A stretch of 64,000 bases of DNA from Amoebidium appalachense (lineage: Eukaryota > Protista > Ichthyosporea). The notes below the pieces were generated by a model. The model had not been told where the DNA came from. It ran no database searches and saw nothing but the letters and a program-made list of their open reading frames with translations. The translations under genes and the position numbers were made by a program. Positions 14,839-37,319 of the stretch are shown here, piece by piece. The stretch is from NCBI GenBank assembly GCA_963693365.1, contig CAVNZM010000008.1, positions 1,550,001 to 1,614,000 on the forward strand. The letters are read 5' to 3'. The stretch's first letter is position 1; every line of letters starts with the position of its first letter.

Positions 14839-15566
14839 ATTCCACCCCACCCCACCCCACCAAGCATGCAGCGACCACCACTCCAATGCCCGACACTTGC
14901 ACACACCCTTCACGAGAAGTAAAGGAAAGGCATGAGATGATGTTTGCTTGTATGTGTGCGTGGTGCACACACAGCATGCACAGAAGTGCTTGGAAGTTTA
15001 ACTGGGGAGAGATGAAGCCTCCCCCCCCCCCCCCCCCCCCCTTTTCTCTTTCTTTCTTTGTGCCGTGAAAACTGGGATAATGGAAAAGGCCCTGGGCAGG
15101 GGGGGGAGGGGGGTTTAAGCATTGTGTTTGTCGAATATTTGCTTCTAAAAGTTAAAGTTGAAGTTGCTGATTTGACGGTGAACTATTAGAGAAACCCCGC
15201 CACTGCTATCTTGGCCTGTTGAATCCAAGCCCTTGTGCACATGTGTTTATATATAGCACATGTGTTTATATATAGCACATGTGTTAATACATAGCACATG
15301 TGTTTATATATAGCACATGTGTTTATATAAAGCACATGTGTTTATATATAGCACATGTATCAATAGCTGGCACATGTGTGCTGTGCATGTTTTGGGTGTG
15401 TCTTTTTGTGTTTTGTATCACACGTGTCCATATGATAGATAGGAGACCGAATACCGTTGATTTTTACTGCTAAACCCACCCACCAATCACTTTGCAGGTT
15501 TGTTCTGATTAAATTCCTCAAGGACACCATGGTCATCCCTAAAGAATCTTCCGTAGGTCCCCTGTG

Positions 15567-15612
<46 letters not shown>

Positions 15613-15789
15613 CCCCGGCGCCTCCCAAACACACAAACACATACACACTCTCTCCTCAAGCTCCCCCTTCCCCCTTTGTGTCTGTGCACTACGCTATAGT
15701 TACCCAGTGGGAGTTTGTACTCTGTGCTGTGGACCAAAGCCCCCCCCCCCCCCCCCCCCCCTCCCGCAAACCACCACCCCCACCACACA

Positions 15790-15874
<85 letters not shown>

Positions 15875-16203
15875 CACAACCACCTTCACTACCATGGTCT
15901 TGCAGCGTGTTTTTCTGAAAACACACTCTCTGTTCCTAGCTCTTTTGTGTTTCTACACAGTTACACATCACATGCACACCACTTTAAGTCGCGATCTGCC
16001 CAGAGCACACACTATTTCTGGTTCTAAACAGTTGTAAAACTTCGCTCCTTTCACATCTCATATGCTTGCACACCCCACCTTCTCGCTCACCCCTTGCGTT
16101 ACCCCCACCCCCCGATGTTGCATACTTGAATGTTTGCCTTTGCATGTGTCCTGCACCATGCTTCTTATCGTGTATGCGTACTTCGTACCGTGTTCCGCAT
16201 TCA

Positions 16204-16240
<37 letters not shown>

Positions 16241-16241
16241 A

Positions 16242-16276
<35 letters not shown>

Positions 16277-17274
16277 ATGGCCCATTCTGACTGCATTGCA
16301 TGCAGTGGTTTGGCTGGTACAAGGAAGGCTCTACCGATGAGCTGGTGCCCCTGCAGGAGACAACTCTCTACAAAGAGGTGACATCTCCCCCCCCCCCCCC
16401 CCCCCCCCCAACCCCAATCCCAATCCCACCCACACACACACCCCATCCCCCCCGGGTTGACCCACCCAAGTTCAGTTGATGCTGCTGTTTGAGTTGGAGC
16501 GTCGTATATACGCGGGCTAAGGGGTCGAAACTCAGACGCAATTGATGACTTGGGCCCTCCCTGAGGATGGGCTCTGCTTATGACGCATACTGTGCGCATG
16601 GCTGATGTTGCATACTTGAATGTTTGCCTTTGCATGTGTCCTGCACCATGCTTCTCATCGTGTATGCGTACTTTGTACTGTGTTCCGCATTCAAACCCCC
16701 CCCCCCCCCCCCTCCCCCTCCTCGAGGCCTTCCCCACCGGTTACCATTTTCGACGCCAATCACCACGCAATAACCAGTCTATCTACAATTTCGACATTGC
16801 AAATGCCCAACCCAATTCATTGTCACCTACAGAACTTCCCTCATCATTTTTGGTTAAAGATAGCGGCACATGGGCACACACAACAGCATGAAGTTTGGGC
16901 AAGCTGCTATGTGTCCAAAACAGATCTCGAAAGGACATTCTGGTTTGCATGTCATGATCATTGTTTCTGCTGTTTCTTTTTCTTTGCTCGTTTGTGTGTC
17001 ACTGTACATATCTGCAGGCCGGGGCAAGTGTGGGGAAGGGGTAGGGCAAGGGGGAAGGGGGAGGGGAGGAGGGGGGGGGGGGGGGGGGGGGGATGTCATT
17101 TTTTAGTATTTTCACACTATGACTGAATTATGTTTGGGGCCATGGCAGGACTGGCTGGGGCTGCAGTCCATGGACAAGGCCGGGCAGTTGGACTTCTTGG
17201 AGGTCGATGCAGACCACCTGCAGGTCGGCACAGAGTGGTTCATGGCCAACATCATAAATAAGTATCTGCGCTGA
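10253..17274 (+). CDS. PPT1: Palmitoyl-protein thioesterase 1 (lysosomal, signal peptide), 10 exons
   Basis: Exons at 10253-10361, 10786-10913, 11859-11971, 12789-12859, 13198-13283, 13700-13804, 14722-14768, 15498-15552, 16306-16377 and 17149-17274 join in frame. Motifs [18 protein letters not shown] (catalytic Ser), [24 protein letters not shown] (Asp) and DHLQ (His) are present. Confidence 0.97.
15237..15358. repeat. 19-bp tandem repeat GCACATGTGTTTATATATA, about 6.4 copies
   Basis: Units start at 15237, 15256, 15275, 15294, 15313, 15332 and 15351, in PPT1 intron 7. Confidence 0.95.
16114..16205 (+). mobile_element. C-tract-associated retroposon, short 5'-truncated copy A
   Basis: Matches the 3' ~90 bp of the dispersed repeat. 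Ends TTCCGCATTCAAA followed by a long C-run; a C-run is also on the 5' side. Confidence 0.8.
16454..16695 (+). mobile_element. C-tract-associated retroposon, copy B (contains the structured RNA core)
   Basis: Near-identical reverse complement of 19735-19978. Flanked by C-runs on both sides. Confidence 0.85.
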
Positions 17275-18187
17275 AATTTCAATATGCTACTGATCATGAG
17301 CTAGGGGGAGACGTTGATGAAAATCAGTAACCACAATAGTACCTGATAGTAAATTTCGATCAGGGAAAGATCTAAATATATATATGGACGTTGGTCGAAA
17401 TTAGAGATACTGTGAGCCTCTGGTAGGCTGCATTGACTGCCCAACAAGAATTTATCTGGGCGGATGTGATGCATGTTGTATTTCCACGGGGTCGGATGTG
17501 GTATGTAGTGTAGCCTTAGTCCACGAAGTGGGTAGAGCTCATGGGCTGACAGCCGTGGATTGCATAAATACATGAGGTGATCAATAAATTTGACAAAAAA
17601 GATTAATTTCACACGTGCATGGTGCAAATCTATTTATGAAGGGCATCGAAGCGCTTGCCCATGGCAGAAGTCGGCCCGCCCGGATGCAAATACGTTTTTT
17701 CTTGACATGTAAAAATGATGTTTAAAGGGGGTTTCTTTTAGCTTTTCGAGCCGGGTCGGGTCAGAGGGTTTCTAGCTAGCTATATGATTGGCGTGCTGCG
17801 GATCAGTTGCGCACCATCGTTTGGCCGGCAGCAAGGTACAGATGCGCCATAATACAACAAAAAAGAAAAGGGCAAAAAAAAGAAATACAGTATGGAATAA
17901 TATTGCAGTTCATATCATGATTTATATCCTGAACAAATGGCTTGACCCGGATGTGCTGGAATGGGGACATTTAATCGGCCTAAAAGAAACCCCCTCTAAA
18001 TTTCCTACATTTCCAAAATGGCGTGCCAGAGGGAGAGAGAGAGAGCTAGGGATGGGGAGGGGGGAGGGGAAGGGGGGGTGGGGTGGTGGTGGTGGTGGTG
18101 GGGGGGATAAGAGAGAGAGAGAAAGAGAGAGAGAGAGCAAGATCTTTGGGTAGCATGAGCTCGAGAGGGAAACGAGATGTGTGTGAA

Positions 18188-18239
<52 letters not shown>

Positions 18240-18488
18240 ATGGGCCATAGCACTAAGCACATAGATGCGCTACAACACATACGAGAGGCACGATGCAGAA
18301 GCTTGAAGTATTTTAGGGCGAAGTTGACACATGTAGTAGGTGCAACATGAGTACAAAACGTCCTCAAGATCATGGTAGGAAAGGGGGACTCAGTCCACCA
18401 GTTACACAGGATAGGGTGTTTGATTCATCGATGCTAAATCAACAGTGGCGGGCATTTTGACGTGCTGACGTGTGTGTGTGTGTCTGTC

Positions 18489-18569
<81 letters not shown>

Positions 18570-18818
18570 ACGCCTGTGGTGTGAGTGTGTGTGTGTGCTT
18601 GTGCGGGCAAACAGGCGCGCAGGGTGGGCTGTGTGCAGTGCGTGTATGTACTTGGTGTGGACTAGTTACTTACGGTTTGTTTGAATGAATCAAATGCTTT
18701 CAGGAACTATACATAAATAAGGCATAAAGTGTGTGTGTGTCTTGGTTACCGCCCTAGGGCATCAACACAAACATTTCATTCGTAAAAACACATCTCGAAC
18801 ACTAAACACGCACGTGGT

Positions 18819-27088
<8,270 letters not shown>

Positions 27089-27531
27089 GACACCAAACCT
27101 CTCGGCGGCTGGCTACCTCATAGCAGCACGATAGCTAATGTAGTATTACTTCTCAATATCTCCAAAGAGTTCCCAGAAATGCGAATCCGTACTGCTAACA
27201 TCAAACCACTTCTGCTCGGGTTGAACGTGTCAGGCCCTGTGCATGCTTTTCTTGCATCATGACCGGGACAGCTGTGGCGTGGAGGCTCACCTCAAGCAGG
27301 ATTGCCTGACAACATTAATCAAAATCAAGTATTTTGAAAAAGACTTTATTGATATGCTTTTGAAAATTTAGCCCGACTCTTGCATATATAAGTAAATTGT
27401 GTTTCTCCAAGTATAATTTCGGCATATTATGCGTTTAGGCAATCTTTGGATCACATGGTCCTAAGACGTACCCAAGCTTTGTATGTTTCAGTTTTCGTTC
27501 TGTCTTGTTCTGTGAAGTGCGCCCGTCCAAC
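27089..27531. promoter_or_regulatory. Putative 443-bp bidirectional promoter of the two RRM paralogs
   Basis: Short, repeat-free interval between divergent ATGs at 27088 (-) and 27532 (+). Confidence 0.6.
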
Positions 27532-29626
27532 ATGTCGCTCCTCGCTCGTTTTCAGCCTGTGTGCGCCACTCTTGGCGGAATGGTATGTAGTGGTGTTATG
27601 ATCTGCTGTTGTGTGTTAGGCGGCGTGTTTGATTTACACTATCGGAAGACATGTTAGGGTTGGGCTACCGGGAAAGATCTCGAAACTGGATGCTGGATTA
27701 GCTGGTGTTTAGACCTGGAGAGTGCGTGGCGTGTGTGACGGTGGGACTGAGAAGTGTGGCGTGCGAAGAAGATCCTGACAATAGTTTTTTTTGTTTGTTG
27801 TTTTGAATGGAACGGGGGGAGGGGGAGGAGGGGGGGAGTGGGGAGAATGGGGTATGGAGGCTAGAGTGTGTGTGTGTATGGCGGGGGGGGGGAGCAGGGG
27901 GGAAAGAGTGTAAGAGAGAGAGAGGAGACCAAGAGTGTGTGGGGGAGAGAAAGATGAATAAATAAGGGGTTAGGGAGTCTGTGTGCATATTGGAGCATCT
28001 ACGAAATCTCCTTTTCGCAAGAAAAAAAATCTGGTGCCAGTGGCTAGCACATAGTTATCTGAAGGGGGGGGGGGGGGGGGGGGGGGTATAGTTGGGATAT
28101 GTATATATGCATCTATATGAACTATATATGAATAGAAAGAGTGGGGCGGGGGGAGGGGGGGCGGGGGGGCGGGGGAGAAAGAGAGAGTGAGGGAGGAAGG
28201 GAGAGAAAGAATGGTGAGTACATGTGGGCGCACACACCATTCTCTCTGACGGCGGGTTGAGGGGGGGGGGGGGGGAGGAGGGGCTTTAAAGGGGAGAGAA
28301 AGATAGGGGTGAAGAGGGCGGCTGAAATAGGGGGTCCGGGGGACCCTTTTTTGGGGGGGGGGGGGGGGGGGGAGGTGGGAGTGGGGAAAGGGGGACAGAG
28401 GAAAATATCGGTTGGCATCAGCAGCACGTTTTTTTTTTTTTTTTTTTTTTTGGGGGGGGGGGGGGGAGGGGATGGACAGGCTGACCGGGGTTCGGGATTT
28501 CAAAATCTGATGTGTGCAGTTGTTCTGACTTCGTGATTCTTCTATTCAGAGGGTGCTGGGTGCAACCCTACCGCTCATGACTGCCCGGTACAAGAGCACC
28601 GTGTACGTGAGATATGCTACCCAAGAGGAGGAAATGGGCAGCATGAAAGCCCTGGCCTCAGAGTTCTTGAAGGTGTGTGTGTATGTGTGCATGTGTGCGT
28701 GTGTCTGTATTTGCATATGCTTGTGTGTGCATGTTTGTGATGGGCGACATAAAGCCCCTGACCTGGGTTTTTGTACAGCTGAGTGTCCAGGTTGTCGTTT
28801 GTGTGTGTGTTTGTGCGTGTTTCTCTGTGTGTGTATGTTGGGGGGGGAGAGGGGGGGGTTGGGGGAAGTGGGCATGTGTTTGTGTTCTTCACTCACAAGA
28901 GGGGCAAAGTTAATGGATTTTTTCCACCTACATACATGGTTGGTGATGACCCAAGGAGTATCCCAGATTATTTTTCGTTAATTTCTGGTCTTGCCGACTA
29001 AGACAAGGAAAGGTGGTGGTGGTGGTAGGGAGGGGGGGGGGGGGAGAGAGAGAGAGAGAGGGGAGGAAGGGAGGGAGGGGAAGGGGGGGGGGGGGGGGGG
29101 GGCGGCAACTTAAAGCAGGGGCTCTTACTCGAATGAGGTGCATATGCCCTGTCAATTCTCACTCACCACTTGTTGGCCCAAAAAGTAAAATGCTGCCGGG
29201 CAGATCTTCCTCCCAGTGGAGCCCCTGCGCCATTTCCCCCCTTATCTAACCCCCCCCCCCCCTCCTCCCCCCCCCCCCCACGTGGGTCCCCCCTAAGGAT
29301 GGACTCTGCTTATTTTGCATACTGCGCGCGTTGCTGATGTTACATACTTGAATGTTTGCTTTTGCCTATGTCCTGTATCGTGTTTCTCATCGTGTATTTG
29401 TACTTGTACAGTGTTCGGCATTCTAACCCCCCCCCCCCCCCTTTTTTTTTTAGACCCACACCGATGTGCTGAACGGCCAGTATGTGGGGATTGTGTTCCG
29501 AAAAAACAAACAGGAGACATTTGTCGGCACCAAGGGCTATGCTTTTATCAACACGGACAATGCAGATAAAGTCCCAGGTTTTCAACCCTTCCCCCTTACC
29601 TCCATATTACACACGCACACACCTCC

Positions 29627-29671
<45 letters not shown>

Positions 29672-29675
29672 ATAC

Positions 29676-29709
<34 letters not shown>

Positions 29710-31329
29710 GAGAGAGAGAGAGAGAAAGATAGACAGACAGACAGACACACACACACACCTTTTTTCTGGTTCTACTAGCGCCACCTTTCCCTCTTGTTGC
29801 GTTCATCACCAAACCCCTGTGTCTGTGTGGATGGGTCTATGTGTATGTGTATGGAATGGATGGGTGTGTACACTATTTTCTATGGTGGAAGTGTGTGTGC
29901 ATGTGTGTCCCGTGTGTGTGAGTATGTGCATGTGCATGCATGTGTACGTCCGTGAGGCTGATATGCCCCTGTCTGTGCGTGTGTGTGTGCATGCGCCCGC
30001 GCATCCGCCCGCGTGTGTGTCTGTCTCTGTGTGTGTGTGCATGCGCCCGCGCATCCGCCCGCGTGTGTGTCTGTGTGTGTGTGTGTGTGCCGTGCGTGCG
30101 TGTGTTTGTGCCGTGTGTGTGTGTGTGTATGTGTGTACGCGTGCTTGTGTACACGTTCATGTGTGTATGTATGTGTTTGCACGCGTGTACGTGCGTGGGT
30201 GTGTATAAGTGTCTGTGTCTGTCTGTGTGTTTGCCTATGTCTGTGTTCATGTAAATGTGTTTTTTCTAACCTGCCATTCCCGCCACCCTTATCTTACACA
30301 CATCCCTTACCCCCATGCCCCCACAGCTCTGATTGAAGCCATCAACAAACAGCCCACCCTCCCTTCTGGTCGACCAAACTTCCGTGCATCCAAAGCCATC
30401 AGGGCAGAACACGTATGCTATGTGTATCCCCGATACCACCACGGGCTCATATTCCTGCTTTTTTTATTGTTTATTATGTACACAAATACACTCTATGTAC
30501 AATGTTTGCACTTGTACATATCTCCACTGTTTCAACTGCTCTAGTTTTACTGTGTGGAGTTATCGTTTTTTTTTGCTTACCCAGTGAACTTTGCAGTATT
30601 AAGGTATTTCGCATGATGTGTTTGCAAAAGACAACAAAAACAGATGTATGTGCACTAACACACACGGGCGCACACACGCACAGACACAGACATGCACAAA
30701 AAGCACACACGAGCATGAACATATATAATCACAAGACAAACCGCCAAAGGAGCCAATCAATACATGTGCATTACGCCAGACACTTCTACGTCCTGTACAT
30801 GCACACCTTGTTACTAAATTGACACCTGGCTTGGACACAACCTGTGCTGCAATCGGAGCTAAAAGAAGAAGAAATTTTAATTGTCGATTTTTGTTGCGCC
30901 GTGCGCTCTTGTGTGTTTTTATAAAGCAAAATGAGGTAATGTTCATGAACGGGACGAGGTTTTTCAGGTGTAAATCAGAACTCTTTGTTTTGCGCACGCA
31001 CGCAACGTGCACGTGCATGCATGCAGGCACACACGCACACACGCACACATTCATACGCACACATGCATGCACACACACACATTGAGGTTGCTAGAAATTG
31101 CTCCTTGGCAGTTGTGTATTGTGTGTGTGTGTGTGCGCGCGCGCGCGCGTGTGTGTGAGAGGAGACTGTGTTACGGTTTATTTTAAAGCCAAGGCAACCT
31201 TTTTAACCGCCATCACCTATTGGTGCATACTGACACGCTTGCAGGTGTATCTCAGCCCCAGCCCCAAAGATCCCTACGTGGTCAGCGGGAAGGCTACCCA
31301 GGAAAAGGTTCTTGAGGTGCGTCGAACCC

Positions 31330-31360
<31 letters not shown>

Positions 31361-33305
31361 AAACAAAAAAAAACAAAAAAAAAAAAAAACAATGGTTCAA
31401 TAGAGACTAAATTTATTTGCCGCCTGCTAAAGTTGCTATGGCATGTGACTTCACACTGACTTAATCCCATATATGGAAGTATCTCGGTGTGGCGTCATTT
31501 TAGATCTTGAAATTTTCCCGGGAGCCAGCTAATCTATGTAGCCTGTCGGGGCACGTAGTCTGTATTGAACGATTAGCCGTTAACTCGTCCACAGACACAA
31601 GCAGTGATTTTTTTGGTTTGGTTTTTACAGACACATCTTCCTCTCTCTCTCTCTCCCCCCCCCCCCCCTCCCCCCCCCCCCCCCCCTCCCCACCCCCTCC
31701 CCACTCTCCCCCCTTTACAACCGCTGTACATGGGCATGGACACTCCTATGTCAAGCAAGGAAAAAGTGGACGAGAGTGTATGCATGTGTGTGTGGGGGGG
31801 GAGGGGGGGGGCGGGGGGGTAGCATATGCACAGGCGCCCGCACACACACTCACAAAGAGAGAGACAGACAGACACATAGACATGAACCTGCACCACCATA
31901 CATGGACGCACAGTTGGTCAACCCCTCACTCACACCCACCCACGAACATGCCAGCAAACCAACCAATTCATACACAACCTGACCTACCCGCTTCCCCCCC
32001 CCCCCCCCCCTAGCCATCCAACAACAGACACACACACACACACAAACACACACACGTACACGTACACGTACACGTACACACACAGAAACTGCGCCAGTGT
32101 GGGACCATCAGCAAGACGGACGTTGCCTACAACCAGAACAGCCAGTGGCCATACGGGTTCATGTTTGTGGAGTTTGAAGAGGATGATGCGGCCACCAAGG
32201 CACTGGAGTTGAACAAGCAGCTGGTCGAGGGGTCAAACACCCCACTAGTCGGTACGTTATTTGTTGTTATTGTTGTGGTTTTGTTGGTTTGTTTTTTGAT
32301 TTGTTTGTGTGTTTGTTTATCGATGTATATGTATGTATTCAGTGTTTCTTTTGCTATGCCCTTTGGGGAGCATGCTCTTGTGCGCTGGTGTTTTTTTCTT
32401 TTCTTTCTTTTTTTTTTTCTTTTCTTTTTTTCTTTTTTTGGTTATAATGTTTGTGTGTGTGTGTGTGTGGTTTCTAGTGTAGTGTGTGCGCTGTGTGTGT
32501 GTGTATGGTTGTGTGGGCCAGCTATGCAATCCTTTGAATGTTGCAATACAACCCTGGGCATCCAGTGTGATTCCCCCCTCCCCCCCCCCTCCCCCCCCCC
32601 CCCCCCCCCCCTCTCTCCCCCGCTTTTGCCCCCTCCTCCCCACCCCCTACCCACCCAACCCCTCCGTAAATGAGTGGGGAGGGAGGAGATACATTTGTGT
32701 GGTGTGTGCGTGTGGCTGGTTAGGGTTGCATGTTTATGCTTCGTGCTTTTTAGTTTGTGAAGGCTATTTGTGGATTGGGTCGTGTTGGTGTTGGGTGGGG
32801 TGGGCTCGTATTGGCTGTGTGTGCGTGCCTAGGTGGTGTGTGTGGGTGTGTGTGTGTGCTGCATAGTGTTAAACTGGTGACTGTAACCCCCCCCCCCCCA
32901 AAAAAAAAAAAAAAGAAAAAAAAAAGAAAAGAAAAGAAAGAAAGAAAGAAAAAAAATCCTGACCACAATCGGCAATCCGTTTTTGTGCATGGCATTCAAT
33001 GCTAGCTCTGGTATACTTGGTTACACACGGCGATTTATATGCCTACCCTTTTTTAATCTTCCCCCCCTTCCCTCGTCCCTACTCCATACACCCGCACGCA
33101 CACACACACACACACACACACACATCTGTGCGCAGTCCATCTCAGTGTAGACCGCGGCACGGGTAAGCCCAGGGCACCCAACACAAATCCGTCGACACAG
33201 AACGCACGAAGGGAGAGACCCCAAGAATCAAACACACCAAAGGAAAACACACCGATGGAAAACACACCAAAGGAAAACACGCAGCAGACACAGAAACAGG
33301 AGTAG
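27532..33305 (+). CDS. Double-RRM RNA-binding protein B, putative mitochondrial targeting peptide, 7 exons
   Basis: Exons at 27532-27582, 28550-28672, 29454-29577, 30327-30412, 31245-31316, 32086-32251 and 33136-33305 join in frame. RNP1 motifs TKGYAFIN and PYGFMFVEF. N-terminus MSLLARFQPVCATLGGMRVLG. Confidence 0.85.
29284..29426 (+). mobile_element. Diverged copy G of the C-tract-associated retroposon
   Basis: GCTGATGTTACATACTTGAATGTTTGC...GTGTTCGGCATTCTAA followed by a C-run, directly upstream of the exon 3 acceptor. Confidence 0.8.
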
Positions 33306-33586
33306 GAAGAGGGAGAAATCCAAAGGGAGAGTAGTAATGTTTGAGAATTCATAGGGGGTTTTGCACTGGAGTAGGAGTTACAAGCGGCACAGATGGGACG
33401 TGAGGATGATTGAAATGTAAGAGGGTTTTATTTTCACCCTGCATATCTATGAGGCGGGGAAGGGGGGAAACGTTTACTCGAAAGTTTCTTGTTCCGTTCG
33501 TTCGAGAGAGTTTGTATTCCTCTTCTAACCTCTTCTTTCCTGTTTCTTTTCTTTTCTTTTCTTTTTCTTTTTTTCTCTTGCTTTTT

Positions 33587-33635
<49 letters not shown>

Positions 33636-34455
33636 CATGTGTCCCTATTTTCCTACAGGCTTTCGAAATAAGAAACAGATTGGTTAGACATTCGATTGTC
33701 TACGGGAAGAGATGGTTGCTTATGTGTAGTAGTAGTATGTGGTGGGTGGGATCTAGTTTCTAACGATGGCGCATTGTTTCGGCGCAGTGGATGGGTGGGT
33801 AAAGTAACTCACTGCTCCGAGTAACTCCCCACAGGGCGGCTGGCATTATTTCCAGGAAATTTCTGATTGTTTTTCTTTCTTTTGGGGGGGGGGGGGGGTA
33901 TCTACTACATGGACACAGACATGCATGTGGCTAGCAGCCGGGCAGACGAGTAAAGAAAAGCTTGGATGCTTTGGCCTAAAAATAATACTGTTTGGATGAC
34001 CCCCCCCCCCCCCCCCCCCCCCCAGGGGGGGGGAGAAGCTTATCCTCGACATACGTGTACTCTACACACAAAGCTTTCATGCATGCGCAGCAAGCACACT
34101 GTTTCTGACTCACAAATGGTACACGCTCGCATACATTTGCACACGGGCATGCCCTAATACTAAAATAGAAAAAGGTGCTCTACACACATCATGATGTGAC
34201 ATGCGCGCAGTGCGCACATGTTGAATATTGGCATTCAAATTCCACACAGCACATAACGACACATGGCGGTCCACAACGCAGAAAAGGAATATTTAGGACT
34301 TATAAATATATCATGGCGCTATTAATGATGATCAATTCTCGTCCACCCACCCACCCATCCCAACACACCACAACACATCACCACTACCACCACCACGTGT
34401 AAATCCCCCCCCCCCCCCCCCCCCCCCCAATCCAACGGGCCTCGGGTCTACATAC

Positions 34456-34486
<31 letters not shown>

Positions 34487-34720
34487 CCACACACACACAC
34501 CACCCAAAAAAGTTACCACGGTCAACGTTCGGGCCTACAGGCCTCCATACATGTACACACCCGGGCCCTTTCTTTCATTGTCTGCGAGCCTCCATCTTCT
34601 TTCTTTGCAACCTTGGGTTATGATCATAGTGTAAGTTTTCAACTTCCTTGATAAAAGTTCACGGTTTCAGGCTGCAAGCCTCCTCCACCCCCACCCCCAC
34701 CCAAATGACCGGAAAGGGAC

Positions 34721-34761
<41 letters not shown>

Positions 34762-35246
34762 AGGAGGAGCCTGAGGAGAAGAAGAAGAAGAAGAAGAAGA
34801 AGAAGGAGTTTTATATTTTGGGGGGGGGGGGGGGGGGGGGGGGAACCCAACCAAAAGATTTTCTTCTTGGGTTGTTTACCGTAGTTTGCAGAGCAAGAAT
34901 TCGAAAGTCTCCGTTAATCCTGATAGATGTTCATCATGTGCACCCGACCGCCATGTACCTGATATAACGCTGAGGCCGAGCAAACCCATCCAAAATATCA
35001 TGATTCACACGTGCAGACACCCACAAACACTGAGTACACACATAACCCATACCGGTTTGGTCTTTCAGGGAAGGGCCAAACAAAAAAGGTTTCCAAATTT
35101 TCAAGAAAAACCACTATACAGTACGGAGCCAAAAGAGTTATAACACCACCGGATCCGCCGGCATATAGATACACCCTCAACATTACCATACACCTCATAC
35201 AACTCGGAATTATCTCCCCCAATATACCCGACATGCAACCACTACA

Positions 35247-35959
35247 CTACTCACAGTACGGGTCATAGTACCCCTCCATGTAAGCAGGGGGCAACCCCTC
35301 CTCCTCATACTCCCCGTTCTCGATACCCTCCACAATACACAGCACCAACGTATACACATCCTCCCACCCCCTTCGATACAACTCATCCAAAGCGTCTATG
35401 TTCGACACATCAAACCCCATAACTTCAGGTCTGTGTATGGGTTCCTTTCGCACACCAACAACCAAACCCTCCTCGTCCCTCTTCCACACATCAAACCCAA
35501 AATCTTGCCACAGATCCAAGCGAGAATGTGCAAAAGCCAAACTAAACCCATAATTTGCTCTGCTCTCCAGACACAGAAATTCGTGGGCCCACGCACTGTT
35601 ACACGAACGCCAAGGGCAGTTTTTGTGTTCCTCGTGTTTCGTTGTCACCACAATTCTTGGATCGCCAAGCATTTTTCTGTAGGCTTCCGCGCGTGGCAAA
35701 TAGACATATTCGGGCATGTCCAGTGGGTCTGTGTATTTGCCCATGAGTCTGGTCACCCCAGGGAGCATCTCATTCCACCAGGCTTCAGACGGTTCATTTG
35801 CGTCGTAATTTTCCCATGGAATTTCATTCGGCCGCTTGTCCTCTTCGTCCAGAAACAACCCCGGACCACCCCGACCCTATGGGTAGTCCAGCCAGCGCTG
35901 TGGGTCGGTCTTGGCTGCAGAAACTGTGTTTGTTTGTGTTTGTGTGTGTGTGTGGGTGT

Positions 35960-35990
<31 letters not shown>

Positions 35991-36007
35991 GGTGGGAAGA
36001 TGTGCCT

Positions 36008-36038
<31 letters not shown>

Positions 36039-36112
36039 GGGGGGAGGGGGGGGGGGGGGATGTGTGTGCCTGTGTGTGTGTGGCATGTGTGGCTTTTTTT
36101 CGCGCGGGCCCC

Positions 36113-36172
<60 letters not shown>

Positions 36173-36991
36173 ATATTATGGGTATCAGCATGCGCGGACT
36201 CGAACTGTTGATTGGGGAGGGGGGAGAGGGGAAGTTGTTTATGGGTGTGCGGGCTGTGTGTGCTGAAGGGGGGGGGGGGGGGGGGTTTGGAAAAAATCGT
36301 GATCAAATCACAGGGGTATGTTGTCCGCTACAGTACTCTAGGCTCTTGTTTTCCTTCTTCAAGTCCCCTTTTGGGTACTATGTGTATTTGTGTAGTGGAC
36401 ATGGGGGGAAAGAGAGAAGGGGAAGGGGGGAGGGGGGGGGGAAGGGGGGGGGGGGGGGGGGGGGGGGGATTTAGAGGAGGGGCCCCCGGGGTTGAGAACG
36501 GTTGGCGAACTTCAAGGGGTAGGGTTTTTTTTCCTTTTTCTGCAGTCTTTGTTTTTTTTTTTGAGGGGTGGGGAGGGGTGGGGTTTACAATTCAAAACGA
36601 TGGGGAGGAGGGTGGGGGGGAAGGGAGGAAGGGAGGAGGCCTCATGGTAATCAGGAGACCCGGGGGGAAGGGGGGGGGGGGGGGGGAAGGGGAGGGGGGC
36701 CGGAGGGGGGGGGGGGGGGGCAGGCATACTTTGGAGACGTAGCTCTTTACTCTCCAAGCGCTTTCTCACAGCCTCCCCTGCCCTCTTCCATATGTCGGCC
36801 AGTTGCTGCTGTGTCCACTTGTTCGCTGGTCCATTACCAGGTGTAGGTGTGGTGGCAAACAAACGAGACGTGAAAAGGGGGGAGTGCTGTGTGCGGGTGA
36901 GAAATGAAACAGAACGTGTCGGTAGGCGGATAGCATGTCCAAGCAGGGGAAAACTTCCGGTGAGAATGGACTTGGCTCTGGCTGAACACAT
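35247..36991 (-). pseudogene. Unknown protein gene (mitochondrial-type N-terminus) with an in-frame TAG; probable pseudogene
   Basis: Exon 36991-36730 (GTATG donor) splices in phase to CAG|35914. The frame reads KTDPQRWLDYP*GRGGPGLFLDEE... with TAG at 35879-35877, followed by more than 200 open codons. Confidence 0.5.
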
Positions 36992-37217
36992 TTTTGGTTT
37001 ACCCTAACTAGTCTCACTTTGGGTTTTTTCTAAGTAAGTATTCTTTCCTTTGTGCAGTAACTTACAAAATGTGTCGAACTGACTAGCACTTAGTTTAGCT
37101 GCATACTATGAACCGAGAATTCTATGCGCGCTGACTCAGTGTAGCGGTTCAGTAATATGGACACCAGTCTTCAAGTTTACATACGGGTAAAGCTTTGGTG
37201 TGGCTCAGTTGCTGGCA

Positions 37218-37319
37218 CTTGACCTTTGATCTGTGGACCCGGGCCACCCCCCCCCCCCCCCCCCCCGGATCTCGATCGTAGACTTAGACTGATCTGCTGA
37301 GACGGATTAGTATATGTCA
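37218..37319 (-). mobile_element. Inverted fragment of the Gypsy LTR 5' end
   Basis: Reverse complement of TGACATATACTAATCCGTCTCAGCAGATCAG...CCCGGGTCCACAGATC (37709-37825). Confidence 0.85.

Noticed and set aside
16510-16530. HDV-like ribozyme (GGCUAAGGG resembles J4/2)
   Set aside because: No P1/P3/L3 nested pseudoknot was found, and the putative catalytic C is absent in copy D.
16520-16575. Hammerhead ribozyme in the retroposon core (GAAA...GUC...CUGAGGA)
   Set aside because: There is no room for stem I, stem II cannot pair, and the GUC seen in the C copies is not conserved in copies B, D or F.
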